This document shows positions 37,729 through 47,337 of a stretch of 64,000 nucleotides of DNA, piece after piece. Location of the stretch: assembly GCA_947625885.1 (NCBI GenBank), contig CANQQA010000011.1, positions 3,442 to 67,441 on the forward strand. Reading direction: 5' to 3'. A program made the position numbers and the translations under genes. The notes below the pieces were generated by a model. The model had not been told where the DNA came from, made no database searches, and saw only the letters and a list, made by a program, of their open reading frames with translations. Source of the DNA: an uncultured Bacteroidales bacterium (GTDB taxonomy: Bacteria; Bacteroidota; Bacteroidia; Bacteroidales; UBA11471). How positions within the stretch are numbered: the first letter of the stretch is position 1; every line of letters starts with the position of its first letter.

Positions 37729-38310
37729 ATGATTACCTACATTTCCATATTTATCACCGCCATATTCGTCAATAACATCGTTTTGGCGCAATTCTTGGGT
37801 ATCTGTCCTTTCTTGGGAGTATCCAAAAAAGTAAGCACGGCTACCGGCATGGGTGCCGCCGTCGCTTTCGTCATGACAATCGCCACGATATGCACCTATC
37901 TGTTGCAGAAATACCTGCTCGATGCGTTCGGCATCGGATTCATGCAGACGATAGTGTTCATTCTCGTCATCGCCGCCCTTGTGCAGATGGTGGAAATCAT
38001 ACTCAAAAAAGTATCTCCTCCCCTCTATCAGGCACTCGGCGTATTCCTCCCGCTCATCACCACGAACTGCGCCATTCTGGGTGTAGCCATTCTGGTAATC
38101 CAAAAAGAATATACGCTGCTCGAATCGGTGGTATTCGCCATTTCCACCGCTCTCGGCTTCATGCTCGCCATGGTCATCTTCGCCGGTATCCGCGAACAGT
38201 TGAGCACGACCCGCATACCGAAAGCCCTGCAAGGAATGCCTATCGCCCTTATCGTAGCCGGTCTGCTGGCTCTCGCCTTCATGGGCTTCGCCGGCATAAA
38301 AGTGGGATAA
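37729..38310 (+). CDS. rnfA: Rnf complex subunit A
   Basis: [28 protein letters not shown]. Confidence 0.9.
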   Translation: MITYISIFITAIFVNNIVLAQFLGICPFLGVSKKVSTATGMGAAVAFVMTIATICTYLLQKYLLDAFGIGFMQTIVFILVIAALVQMVEIILKKVSPPLYQALGVFLPLITTNCAILGVAILVIQKEYTLLESVVFAISTALGFMLAMVIFAGIREQLSTTRIPKALQGMPIALIVAGLLALAFMGFAGIKVG

Positions 38311-38335
38311 CGAACACGACGCGATTACACAAAAA

Positions 38336-38366
38336 AGGTTGCGAAATTCATTCGCAACCTTTTTTG
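38336..38366 (+). terminator. Rho-independent terminator of the rnf operon
   Basis: aggttgcgaa-attca-ttcgcaacct followed by tttttg. Confidence 0.75.
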
Positions 38367-38394
38367 TTGGTGGTTTAGCTTATATGCAAAAAAA

Positions 38395-38417
38395 ATCCCG
38401 AAATAGTCTTTCGGGAT
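38395..38417 (-). terminator. Terminator hairpin downstream of tRNA-Asp
   Basis: atcccgaaa-tagtc-tttcgggat, with a T-run on the minus strand. Confidence 0.6.
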
Positions 38418-38422
38418 TTTTG

Positions 38423-38496
38423 CGGTGCGGACGGGACTCGAACCCGCGACCCCATGCGTGACAGGCATGTATTCTAACCAGCTGAACTACCGCACC
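38423..38496 (-). tRNA. tRNA-Asp (anticodon GTC)
   Basis: The reverse complement folds as GGTGCGG-TA-GTTC-AGCTGGTTA-GAAT-A-CATGC-CTGTCAC-GCATG-GGGTC-GCGGG-TTCGAGT-CCCGT-CCGCACC-G (74 nt). CCA is not encoded. Confidence 0.95.
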
Positions 38497-38632
38497 TCAG
38501 GGTCTGCAACTCCTCGCGCTGCTTCGGAATTGCGGCACAAAAGTAATTGTTTTTTTCACATTCTGCAAACGGACGGCAAAAATTTTCTGAAATTATTTTC
38601 GGACAATCTTGCCCGATTCTCAAAAATATCCC

Positions 38633-38640
38633 TACCTTTG
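38633..38640 (+). promoter_or_regulatory. -7 promoter box (TAccTTTG) driving the riboswitch leader
   Basis: It matches the TAnnTTTG consensus immediately upstream of the riboswitch. Confidence 0.5.
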
Positions 38641-38644
38641 TCGC

Positions 38645-38812
38645 CGTATTGGTTTGAAGTACCCGTTCGGGGTATGGAAATTAAAAGGGAATCGGGTGAA
38701 AATCCCGAACAGTCCCGCTGCTGTGAGTTCTATCTCTGCGCAAGCCATCTATTGCCACTGATTATTTCGGGAAGGCTGCTTGCCGCAAGAACAAGTCAGA
38801 AGACCTGCCATA
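38645..38812 (+). promoter_or_regulatory. Cobalamin (B12) riboswitch
   Basis: The conserved core is aaaagggaatcgggtgaaaatcccgaacagtcccgctgctgtgag. The B12 box is attgccactg, and the 3' element is agtcagaagacctgcc. It lies in the 5' leader of a TonB-dependent receptor gene. Confidence 0.85.
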
Positions 38813-38922
38813 CAAAACCTCATTCAACAGCCTTCGAGGAAAGCGCTTTTGAGCATCGACGCGACAAATCAAGGATTTACTTTTCGCCGACAAATCAAGG
38901 TTTTCCCCGAAGCCCTGTATGA

Positions 38923-40959
38923 ATGTTTACATCAAAAACATTCGACATGAAAAAGGCGGCAGTCATCTGTCTGTTGATTACGGGAAACATTCTGTCGTGC
39001 ACGGGTTTACGTGCACAAGGGAAACTCGACTCGCTCCAACATCTGCACGAAGTGGGCATTTCTGCGCGCCGCCAAGTCGAAATCATCGCGCCGCAACAGC
39101 TCGACGGGAAAGAGTTGGAACGGCTCAACAGCCATTCCGTCGCCGATGCCATACGCTATTTTTCCGGTGTGCAACTGAAAGATTACGGCGGCATCGGCGG
39201 ATTGAAAACGGTGAATATACGCGGCATGGGCACCAATCATACGGGTGTCTTCTACGACGGCATACAGCTGGGAAACGCCCAGAACGGGCAAATCGACTTA
39301 GGAAAATTCTCGCTCGACAATATGGAGGAAATCGCCCTCTACAACGGGCAGAAAAGTGAAATACTGCAACCGGCGCGCGACTACGGCACATCGGGGTCGG
39401 TGTATCTGAAAAGCCGTCGCCCGAAATTCAAGGAAGACGAAAAATACCATTTGCAGGCAACGATGAAATGCGGGTCGTTCGGACTTGCCAATCCGTCGAT
39501 ACTCTGGGAGCAAAAAATAACCCGTCGCACGAGCAGCCTGTTCAACGCCGAATATACTTATGCCACAGGTAAATACAAATTCCGCTACCGTCGCACGCAA
39601 CCCGACGGCTCGGTGGCTTACGACACGACGGCGACGCGGGAAAACGGCGATATAAAGGCGTTGCGGCTCGAAGGGGGATTCTTCGGCACCGCCGAACGGG
39701 GCGAGTGGAACGCCAAACTCTATTACTACGACTCCGAGCGGGGCATTCCGGGTCCTATATTAAATAATGTATGGCGACACGGCGAACGGCAATGGGATCG
39801 CGATTTTTTTGCACAAGGGCATTACCGGAGCAACTTCGGGAAACGGTACCGCCTGCTCATCAACGGCAAATACGCCTACGACTACACGGAATATCTCCGC
39901 GACGACTATCGGGAGTTATACATACACAACCATTACCGCCAGCACGAGTGTTACCTGTCTGCAGCCCAGCAGATAACGCTCTTTTCGTGGTGGGACGTTT
40001 CGCTATCGACCGATTTTCAATGGAACACCCTGAATGCCGATTTGCGGGACTTCCCCTTCCCCACCCGTTACACCGAAATGGCGGCAATCGCCACGACGAT
40101 GCAATGGGAACGGGTGCAGATACAGGGCAGCCTGCTGGGAACATTCATACAGGAGAGTGTGCGGAACAAACAAAAAGCGTCGGCGGCTTCGCCAAACAAA
40201 AACGAGCTGTCGCCGGCGGCTTTCGTATCGTTCCGACCGTTGGAACATCACGATTTGCAACTGCGGGCATTCTGTAAAAAATCGTTCCGTATGCCCACTT
40301 TCAACGACCTCTACTACACCGACATCGGCAACAAATACCTGAAACCGGAATACACCGTGCAATACGACGGCGGATTTCTTTTCCGGAAAAACCGGACGCA
40401 CGGAGCTTTCCGCCATTTCGAGCTGCAAGGCGACGGCTATTACAACGTGGTTACCAACAAAATCGTAGCCTATCCTACGGGACAGCAGTTCCGCTGGACG
40501 ATGCTCAATCTGGGGCGCGTGGAAATACGCGGCTGCGACCTCGCGGCGCAAGCGGGCGTGCTGTGGGGCAAAGTGGGTCTGAACGCACGGGTGTGCTATA
40601 CCTTCCAGCGGGCACAGGATTGCACCGACCCTGCCGACCGCTATTACAAAGACCAAATTCCCTACATACCGCGTCATAGCGGCTCGGCGCTGCTGAGCGC
40701 CGAATGGGAAGGGTGGAATTTCAATTACAGTTTCATCTACACGGGCGAACGGTACAGCTCGTCGGAAAACAGCCGCCTCACCCGCCTGCAACCGTGGTAC
40801 ACGAGCGATTTTTCGGCAAACTACTCTTTTTCGGTGAAAAAAGTGAAATGCCGCGCCACCGGCGAGATAAACAACCTTTTCAACCAGCATTACGACGTGG
40901 TGGCCAACTACCCCATGCCGGGCATCAACTTCAAGGTCATCTTACGCATCGAGATATGA
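38923..40959 (+). CDS. btuB: TonB-dependent outer-membrane receptor, BtuB-like (corrinoid)
   Basis: It has a plug domain (...SVADAIRYFSGVQLKDYGGIGGLKTVNIRGMG), a beta-barrel and a terminal aromatic-type end, and it follows a B12 riboswitch. The true start may be the ATG at 38947 (MKKAAVICLL...). Confidence 0.8.
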   Translation: MFTSKTFDMKKAAVICLLITGNILSCTGLRAQGKLDSLQHLHEVGISARRQVEIIAPQQLDGKELERLNSHSVADAIRYFSGVQLKDYGGIGGLKTVNIRGMGTNHTGVFYDGIQLGNAQNGQIDLGKFSLDNMEEIALYNGQKSEILQPARDYGTSGSVYLKSRRPKFKEDEKYHLQATMKCGSFGLANPSILWEQKITRRTSSLFNAEYTYATGKYKFRYRRTQPDGSVAYDTTATRENGDIKALRLEGGFFGTAERGEWNAKLYYYDSERGIPGPILNNVWRHGERQWDRDFFAQGHYRSNFGKRYRLLINGKYAYDYTEYLRDDYRELYIHNHYRQHECYLSAAQQITLFSWWDVSLSTDFQWNTLNADLRDFPFPTRYTEMAAIATTMQWERVQIQGSLLGTFIQESVRNKQKASAASPNKNELSPAAFVSFRPLEHHDLQLRAFCKKSFRMPTFNDLYYTDIGNKYLKPEYTVQYDGGFLFRKNRTHGAFRHFELQGDGYYNVVTNKIVAYPTGQQFRWTMLNLGRVEIRGCDLAAQAGVLWGKVGLNARVCYTFQRAQDCTDPADRYYKDQIPYIPRHSGSALLSAEWEGWNFNYSFIYTGERYSSSENSRLTRLQPWYTSDFSANYSFSVKKVKCRATGEINNLFNQHYDVVANYPMPGINFKVILRIEI

Positions 40960-42113
40960 AACGGATATTCTTTCCACTTCTACTGCTTTGTCTGTCGGCA
41001 ATAAGCTGCCGGCACGATGAATTGATACTCTACTCCGACACCTACGAAACGACCACTCCGCAATACACCTCCGTCGCCGGCTTCTACCTGCTCAATGAAG
41101 GAAACATGGGAACGAACAGTTCGACCCTCGACTATTTCGACGCAACGACCGGTGAATATCATAAAAATATTTATGCCGAAACCAATCCTACGGTCATCAA
41201 GGAGTTGGGCGACGTAGGCAACGACCTGCAAATTTACGGCAGCCGGCTCTATGCCGTCATCAACTGTTCGCACAAAGTGGAAGTGATGCGCGCCGCCGAT
41301 GCCTCGTATATCGGGAAAATAGACCTGCCGAACTGCCGGTACATCAGATTCCATGAGGGATATGCCTACGTCAGCTCCTATGTGGCACCCGTTCGGATAG
41401 ACCCGCACGCGCCGAAAGGGTGCGTATTCAAAATAGACACGGCGACCCTGCAAGTGGTCGATACCGTTACCGTCGGCTACCAGCCCGAAGAAATGGAAAT
41501 ACGTTTCGGAAAACTTTACGTCGCCAATTCCGGCGGCTACCGCGTACCCGACTACGACAACACGGTGTCGGTAATCGACCTCGCCACGTTTCGGGAAATA
41601 AAGAAAATCGAGGTGGCGATAAACCTGCACCGCATCAAAGGCGACCGCTACGGCTATCTGTACGTCAGCTCTCGGGGCGACTATTACGACACCCATTCCA
41701 AACTGTACGTCATCGACGCCCGCACCGACAGGCTCGTCGATTCGCTCGACATAGCAGTGAGCAATATGTGCATCGACGGCGATTCGGCATACGTGTACAG
41801 CACCGAGTGGAACTGGACAACGGCACAAAACACCGTTACCTACGGCATCATCGACCTGAAAGAGCGCCGCATCGTCAATCGCAGCTTCATCACCGACGGC
41901 ACCGATGCCGAAATCAAAATTCCCTACGGCATCGCCGTCAATCCCATAACCAAAGAAATCTACGTTACCGATGCGAAAAACTATGTCGTATCGGGCACCC
42001 TGTATTGCTTTTCCCCCGAAGGAAAATGTCTTTGGAAAGTGCCGGCAGGAAACATTCCCGCCCACTTCGCCTTCAAAGGCGAATACCGGATAGAACATAC
42101 CTACACCAACTAA
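40956..42113 (+). CDS. Surface lipoprotein, beta-propeller (YncE/DUF5074-like); BtuG-like by position
   Basis: Its ATG overlaps the btuB stop (ATGA). The lipobox is LLLLCLSAISC followed by RHDE, which resembles a lipoprotein export signal. FYLLNEGNMGTNSSTLDYFD... and repeated propeller-like blades are present. Confidence 0.65.
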   Translation: MKRIFFPLLLLCLSAISCRHDELILYSDTYETTTPQYTSVAGFYLLNEGNMGTNSSTLDYFDATTGEYHKNIYAETNPTVIKELGDVGNDLQIYGSRLYAVINCSHKVEVMRAADASYIGKIDLPNCRYIRFHEGYAYVSSYVAPVRIDPHAPKGCVFKIDTATLQVVDTVTVGYQPEEMEIRFGKLYVANSGGYRVPDYDNTVSVIDLATFREIKKIEVAINLHRIKGDRYGYLYVSSRGDYYDTHSKLYVIDARTDRLVDSLDIAVSNMCIDGDSAYVYSTEWNWTTAQNTVTYGIIDLKERRIVNRSFITDGTDAEIKIPYGIAVNPITKEIYVTDAKNYVVSGTLYCFSPEGKCLWKVPAGNIPAHFAFKGEYRIEHTYTN

Positions 42114-42125
42114 AAAAAATTGGAT

Positions 42126-43313
42126 ATGAAAAAAGCCATTCTATCGTTTCTCTGCCTCATGGGCAGCGGCACGTTCTTTTCTCCGGCAACGGCGCAATCG
42201 CCGTACATCGCAAAAGTAGTCGAATTCAGACCCGCACCCGGACAATTCGTCAACGAACTGCCCGAATACGAAAGCGGAGATACGGAAGAGACCATGCGAG
42301 CCAAAGCCGAAGAATACATCGCCCACAATAATAAAAACATGATTTCGCTCGGCGGGTACGGCGGATATGTCGTCGTGGCATTCGACCACACCATCGTCGA
42401 TGTACCCGGCGTATGCGATTTCAAAATATCGGGCAACGCCTTTTATGCCGATGCCAATCCCCGTCCCGATGCCCCGCTCGGAGGGAGCTGCGAACCGGGT
42501 ATCGTCATGGTGGCTTACGACCGTAACCGCAACGGACAGCCCGACGATGACGAATGGTACGAAATAGCCGGCAGCGAATACGAGAAAAAAGAGACGCTGA
42601 AAAACTATTCCATCACCTATCACCGCCCCGCGCCCGACCACGTGGCAACCCCTCACCCCGACAACAAATTTCTGAACGACACCACCTACATACGTTGGAA
42701 CGACAATCGCGGAATAACGAGCTATATGCCGCGCAACACGTTCCACGCGCAAAGCTATTATCCGGAATGGATAAAAGACGACTCCCTGATGTTCACCGGA
42801 ACGCGGCTTGCCGACAACGGCATCGACGAGTCGGGCAACGGCACTTATTTCGTGTTGTATGCCTACGGATTCGGGTACGCCGACAATCGCCCCAACGCCG
42901 ATACGCTGTCGCATATCGACATCGGCTGGGCGGTCGATAGCGAGGGCAACCCCGCACATCTGCCCGGCGCCGACTTCATAAAGGTATATACGGGTGTCAA
43001 TCAATACAACGGCTGGCTGGGCGAATGTTCCACCGAAATATTGGGCATGGAAGATTTGCACATCGATGCCGTGATGTCCGACATTCACGAAAACAAACAG
43101 CACGTTTGCAATCTCTATCCCAATCCCGTAAAAACACACCTCATCGTAGAATCGAATGAAGCGTGCCTTATCGAAATACTGTCACTTGCCGGAAACCGGA
43201 TTTTGCAGAAAAAAATCGAAGTCGGAACCAACCGCATCGACATGAGCGGCTGCCCCGTCGGCATATACTTAGCGAAAATCGGAAACAAATCATATAAGAT
43301 CATTAAAAACTAA
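42126..43313 (+). CDS. Secreted protein of unknown function with T9SS type-A C-terminal sorting domain
   Basis: It has the signal peptide ...FFSPATAQ and the conserved N-terminus SPYIAKVVEFRPAPGQFVNE. The C-terminus is NLYPNPVKTHLIVES...IEILSLAGNRIL...GIYLAKIGNKSYKIIKN. Confidence 0.65.
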   Translation: MKKAILSFLCLMGSGTFFSPATAQSPYIAKVVEFRPAPGQFVNELPEYESGDTEETMRAKAEEYIAHNNKNMISLGGYGGYVVVAFDHTIVDVPGVCDFKISGNAFYADANPRPDAPLGGSCEPGIVMVAYDRNRNGQPDDDEWYEIAGSEYEKKETLKNYSITYHRPAPDHVATPHPDNKFLNDTTYIRWNDNRGITSYMPRNTFHAQSYYPEWIKDDSLMFTGTRLADNGIDESGNGTYFVLYAYGFGYADNRPNADTLSHIDIGWAVDSEGNPAHLPGADFIKVYTGVNQYNGWLGECSTEILGMEDLHIDAVMSDIHENKQHVCNLYPNPVKTHLIVESNEACLIEILSLAGNRILQKKIEVGTNRIDMSGCPVGIYLAKIGNKSYKIIKN

Positions 43314-43325
43314 CCATTCTCCGTT

Positions 43326-46300
43326 ATGAAAAAGTTATTCATCTTTTTAGGGATTCTCCTGCTGGCAGCAGGAAATTCGGCAGCACAAATGCGGGTGCAA
43401 GGCATTCCGTATTTCAATCCGAAAATGAAAACGTTCTCGGCAGAACAACCCCAAACGATAGCGGCAACCGGTGAAGATTTCACCTTCGACGACATCGACT
43501 TCTGGATAGGCGAAGGCGAAAACCGCGCGGCTCTTGTCGTACAATGGACTGACGACCGCGAAACGACAGCCCTTGCATGGGGTTACCGCTGGGACGGCGA
43601 ATCATACGGCGACGATATGGTGAAAGCCATTGCCGAAGCCGACCCTCGTTTTTACGTCCTTTTCGGAGGACCTACGGGTTACGGTCTTACCATCGGCGGC
43701 ATGGGCTACGACCTCGACAACGACGGCGACATCGCCCTGTATTTGGATAACGAAGAATATCCCCTTCCCAACGGGTACTACATCACCGGAAACATGAATT
43801 ACGATTACGATTCATGGTCGGCACGCGACGCCGACGACTTGTGGGGAAGCGGCTGGTATCAGGCTTTTTGGTCTTACTGGGTAAAAGACGATGCGTCATC
43901 GGAATTTTCATTTGCCCAAGTAGGTGCATCGACACGCAAATTGAAAGACGGCTCGTGGGACGGCTGGAATTTCGAGCCGGGCATGACGTTATATCCGTGG
44001 AAACCGTTTGCTCCCGCACCGGAGCCTGCCACGTCGTACAACGAAGGTATATTGTTCCTCGACAAGGAAAATACACTCTCGTTCCTCACAAAAAAAGGAA
44101 ATTTTGAATACGACGTATTCCGCTCTATCAACGGCGAAGCCATAGACGGACGCATACAAACCCTGTTCAATTTCGGAGGCTATACTTATATCCTCACCGA
44201 CAAACGATTGATAACCGCTACCGAAAAAGGATTGGAAAAGAGCGATCAGACGGAAACGCAAGGCTTCACCTCCATTGCCGGCATATCGCCCGATAAACTC
44301 TATCTTTACGGCAACAAGGGCGTGGGCATATACGACCTCGAAAACAAAAAAATTTCAGGCACGTTCACGTTGAACAGCGACGCACCGGTAAGGCAAATCG
44401 TCGTTGCAAAAGGCAGCGCCTACATTCTGCAAAACAACCGATTGAGCATCGTCGATACCAAAAGCGACCGTTTGATTACATCGTTCAATGCTTCTTACGA
44501 AACATTGATACAGGATTGTAACGGGTGCATCTGGGGAATTTACGGGTCGTCCCTCGACTGCATCGCCGGCGAACAAACCGGCAAAACGGTCGCTTTTTCT
44601 TCTATGTCGCACTACACGGGCAAGGGACAAATCGTCGCCCACGCCAAGAAAAACTACTTCTGGTGGATTTCGGGACAGCAGATTATCCGCTTCGATACCG
44701 ATAATGCCGCAACAGCCGGCTACCCGTTCTTCTCTTGCGAAGAAGAAGGCATCGTACCGGTAAACCTCTGCCTCTACTATAAAAAAGAGGCATTGGCTAT
44801 CCTTGCCGAAGATACGCTCAACCGCAAAGCCGTCGTGTATCTGCTCGATGTCGAAAGCGGCGACCTGCTCGACCGTTACGAATCGGAAGCACCGGCAATA
44901 CTGGGCATCACAGCCGATATAGCGCCCAAATTGAGCGTCGAAGGCAGCCTGACACTCGAAACGAACAGCGATCGCACCACACTCCCGTTCACGGCTGCAG
45001 ACGACGATAATGCCGCCATACTCTTCAACCTCACGGCAACGACAAGTGAAAATGCTCCGTTCAGGATTGAACTCGGAGACAGCCTGACCGTTACGCCGAT
45101 AGCCGACAAAGACGGCAGCGGAAGCATTACCCTGCAACTCGTGTCCAACGGACGGAAAGTCGAAAAACAGATCGGCATCCGGGTGAAACGCTCACTTCAA
45201 AATTTCGCATTTACCGCCGATACGGTATCACTGAACCCCTGCGACACCCTTGCTCTCCGATTTACTTTCCTGCCGGAAAACGCCACCGACAAGCATATTT
45301 CCTTACGTTCCTCCAACAGTTATTCCGGAGTTGAAATAACCGAAGACGAACGCATCGTGGGTTTGAGAAACGGCAGCTACAAACTATACGCCACCGCCGA
45401 TGACAATCCGGAATTGAAAGATACGTTAATCGTCGAGGTATCGGCAGTAGCGCTGGATTCCGTCGTCTGTCCGCGCGACACCATCACCGTACTGGCAGGC
45501 GCCAAAGATACGTTCCTACTCCGATACTACCCGCAAAATGCGACAAGCAAATCGACCACATATAAAATCGCCGATACAGATATTGCGACAGTTACAACAA
45601 ATACATTCTCTTCGTGGGACAGTTACAGCCGCGCCGTCATAACAGGAAAAAAGGCAGACACGACTCTGCTGCAAGCCGTCGTAAAAGAAACAAAAGACAC
45701 ACTGCGTATTCCTGTCGTCGTACTGGCAAATCCGGTAACGGGTATGACGATAGACCACGATACGGTAGATTTAATCGTACCGAAAACACAACGCCTCGAA
45801 GTATCGGTAACGCCGAACAACGCCGCCAACAAATCGGCGATATGGACAACCTCCGATGAAAGTGTCGCCACCCTATCGACAAAATCGGCATCGTCATACT
45901 GCACGGTAACAGCGAAAAGCGCAGGTACGGCAATCATCAGAGCAACTTCGGTCGATGGCGGATTCGTCGATTCCTGCCTTGTGCGTGTAACCTACATTCC
46001 GCTCGACAGTTTTACCATAGCTATTCCCGACCAACCCGAACTGTATGAAAAAGGTACCAGCATCTATTCTTTCACCAAAACATTCTACCCCGAAGACGCC
46101 AGCGACAAAACGCTGAGGTGGCATTCGTCGGACGATAATGTCGCCACGGTAAGTACAACCGGTACTATCAAAATACAAGGAAAAGGCAACGCGGTAATCA
46201 CCGCCATATCGAATGCCAATCCTGCCTTGCGCGACAGCCTGATAATTGCAGCCGTCGATACGATATACCCGACCGCCTGCATACTCGACAAGCACGAATC

Positions 46301-47273
46301 GTACCTGCAACCCGGACGTACAGAATATATGTCTTACACGCTCGAACCCGGCAGCGTAAACTGGCGAAAACAAACATTCCTCTACGAATCGGCAGCCGAC
46401 AGCATCGCCACCGTAAGCACCTACGGATATGTAAAAGGAGAAGCCATCGGCGATGTGTGGGTACGCATCACCTGTATGCCGATAGGTCTGGTCGATTCGT
46501 GTCTCTACCACATCGCTCCGTTAATTACCGAAATCGGCATACAAGCCGATACCACCCGCCTTGTCGTAGGCGATACCTTGCAGTTGCAAGCTAAAGTCTA
46601 TCCCGAAAGGGGCAACCCCGTTGTTACGTGGCTGAGCCACGACAAAGCAACCGCCGCCGTCGATGACAACGGCAGTGTCGTCGCCCTGAAAGCCGGCACG
46701 GTCGAAATATCGGCAACGGCAACCGACGGCTCGGGTATTATCGGCAAAATAGAGCTAACCATTGAAAACCAACAGGCACAAGAATTGCACCTCTCTGCCG
46801 AAGCAGATTCGTTGAAAGTCGGAGAAAAAATGCCGCTCTTGCTCGAAACGCTTCCGGCAAACACGACCAACAAACGGGTATGGTGGAGCAGCAGCAATCC
46901 CGATATCGCCCTCGTGAGCAGCACGGGTACGGTCGAAGGGTTGGCGGAAGGCACGGTTACCATCACCGCCATCAACCGCGACAATATGCTCGCCCGCGAT
47001 GAGATGGCTATACGCATCATCGCCGTCGAAACCGACCCTGATGTCGATGCTTTGACAAGCAGCGACAAATCCGACAGGAAAATCTACATCGCCCAAAACA
47101 CGCTGCATATCGAAAATGCCGCAGGCGAAACGGTGATGCTGTACAACAGCAACGGAATCGTCCTGTTGTCGGCAATCTGCCATACGACGCACGAGACATT
47201 CGGTTTGAACGTCCCTGCCGGGCTGTATATCGTCAAAGTCGGAAACTTCCGAAGCAAACTTTCCATCAAATAA
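43326..47273 (+). CDS. 1315-aa surface protein: N-terminal globular domain, propeller-like region, about 7 Big_2 (Ig-like) repeats and a T9SS C-terminal sorting domain
   Basis: The signal peptide is MKKLFIFLGILLLAAGNSAAQ. Seven repeats have the pattern L..(V/I)...D.(V/L).L..G....L....P.NA(T/S)(D/N)K...W.SS(D/N)..(V/I)A(T/L)V(S/T) between about 45190 and 47030. The C-terminus is ...TVMLYNSNGIVL...AGLYIVKVGNFRSKLSIK. Confidence 0.7.
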   Translation: MKKLFIFLGILLLAAGNSAAQMRVQGIPYFNPKMKTFSAEQPQTIAATGEDFTFDDIDFWIGEGENRAALVVQWTDDRETTALAWGYRWDGESYGDDMVKAIAEADPRFYVLFGGPTGYGLTIGGMGYDLDNDGDIALYLDNEEYPLPNGYYITGNMNYDYDSWSARDADDLWGSGWYQAFWSYWVKDDASSEFSFAQVGASTRKLKDGSWDGWNFEPGMTLYPWKPFAPAPEPATSYNEGILFLDKENTLSFLTKKGNFEYDVFRSINGEAIDGRIQTLFNFGGYTYILTDKRLITATEKGLEKSDQTETQGFTSIAGISPDKLYLYGNKGVGIYDLENKKISGTFTLNSDAPVRQIVVAKGSAYILQNNRLSIVDTKSDRLITSFNASYETLIQDCNGCIWGIYGSSLDCIAGEQTGKTVAFSSMSHYTGKGQIVAHAKKNYFWWISGQQIIRFDTDNAATAGYPFFSCEEEGIVPVNLCLYYKKEALAILAEDTLNRKAVVYLLDVESGDLLDRYESEAPAILGITADIAPKLSVEGSLTLETNSDRTTLPFTAADDDNAAILFNLTATTSENAPFRIELGDSLTVTPIADKDGSGSITLQLVSNGRKVEKQIGIRVKRSLQNFAFTADTVSLNPCDTLALRFTFLPENATDKHISLRSSNSYSGVEITEDERIVGLRNGSYKLYATADDNPELKDTLIVEVSAVALDSVVCPRDTITVLAGAKDTFLLRYYPQNATSKSTTYKIADTDIATVTTNTFSSWDSYSRAVITGKKADTTLLQAVVKETKDTLRIPVVVLANPVTGMTIDHDTVDLIVPKTQRLEVSVTPNNAANKSAIWTTSDESVATLSTKSASSYCTVTAKSAGTAIIRATSVDGGFVDSCLVRVTYIPLDSFTIAIPDQPELYEKGTSIYSFTKTFYPEDASDKTLRWHSSDDNVATVSTTGTIKIQGKGNAVITAISNANPALRDSLIIAAVDTIYPTACILDKHESYLQPGRTEYMSYTLEPGSVNWRKQTFLYESAADSIATVSTYGYVKGEAIGDVWVRITCMPIGLVDSCLYHIAPLITEIGIQADTTRLVVGDTLQLQAKVYPERGNPVVTWLSHDKATAAVDDNGSVVALKAGTVEISATATDGSGIIGKIELTIENQQAQELHLSAEADSLKVGEKMPLLLETLPANTTNKRVWWSSSNPDIALVSSTGTVEGLAEGTVTITAINRDNMLARDEMAIRIIAVETDPDVDALTSSDKSDRKIYIAQNTLHIENAAGETVMLYNSNGIVLLSAICHTTHETFGLNVPAGLYIVKVGNFRSKLSIK

Positions 47274-47284
47274 GTCTTTCTTGC

Positions 47285-47323
47285 GGGGAGAGTGTGCATG
47301 AGCACATTCTCTCCCCGATTTTT
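47285..47323 (+). terminator. Strong hairpin plus T-run between the 1315-aa gene and the next ORF (intra-locus terminator or attenuator)
   Basis: ggggagagtgtgc-atga-gcaca(tt)ctctcccc followed by gattttt. Confidence 0.6.
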
Positions 47324-47337
47324 CAAAAAACGGAGCT

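Noticed and set aside
40003-43139. Minus-strand ORFs of 295, 372 and 332 aa
   Set aside because: They are shadows of btuB, the propeller lipoprotein gene and the T9SS cargo gene. The + strand products have signal peptides, lipoboxes and sorting domains.
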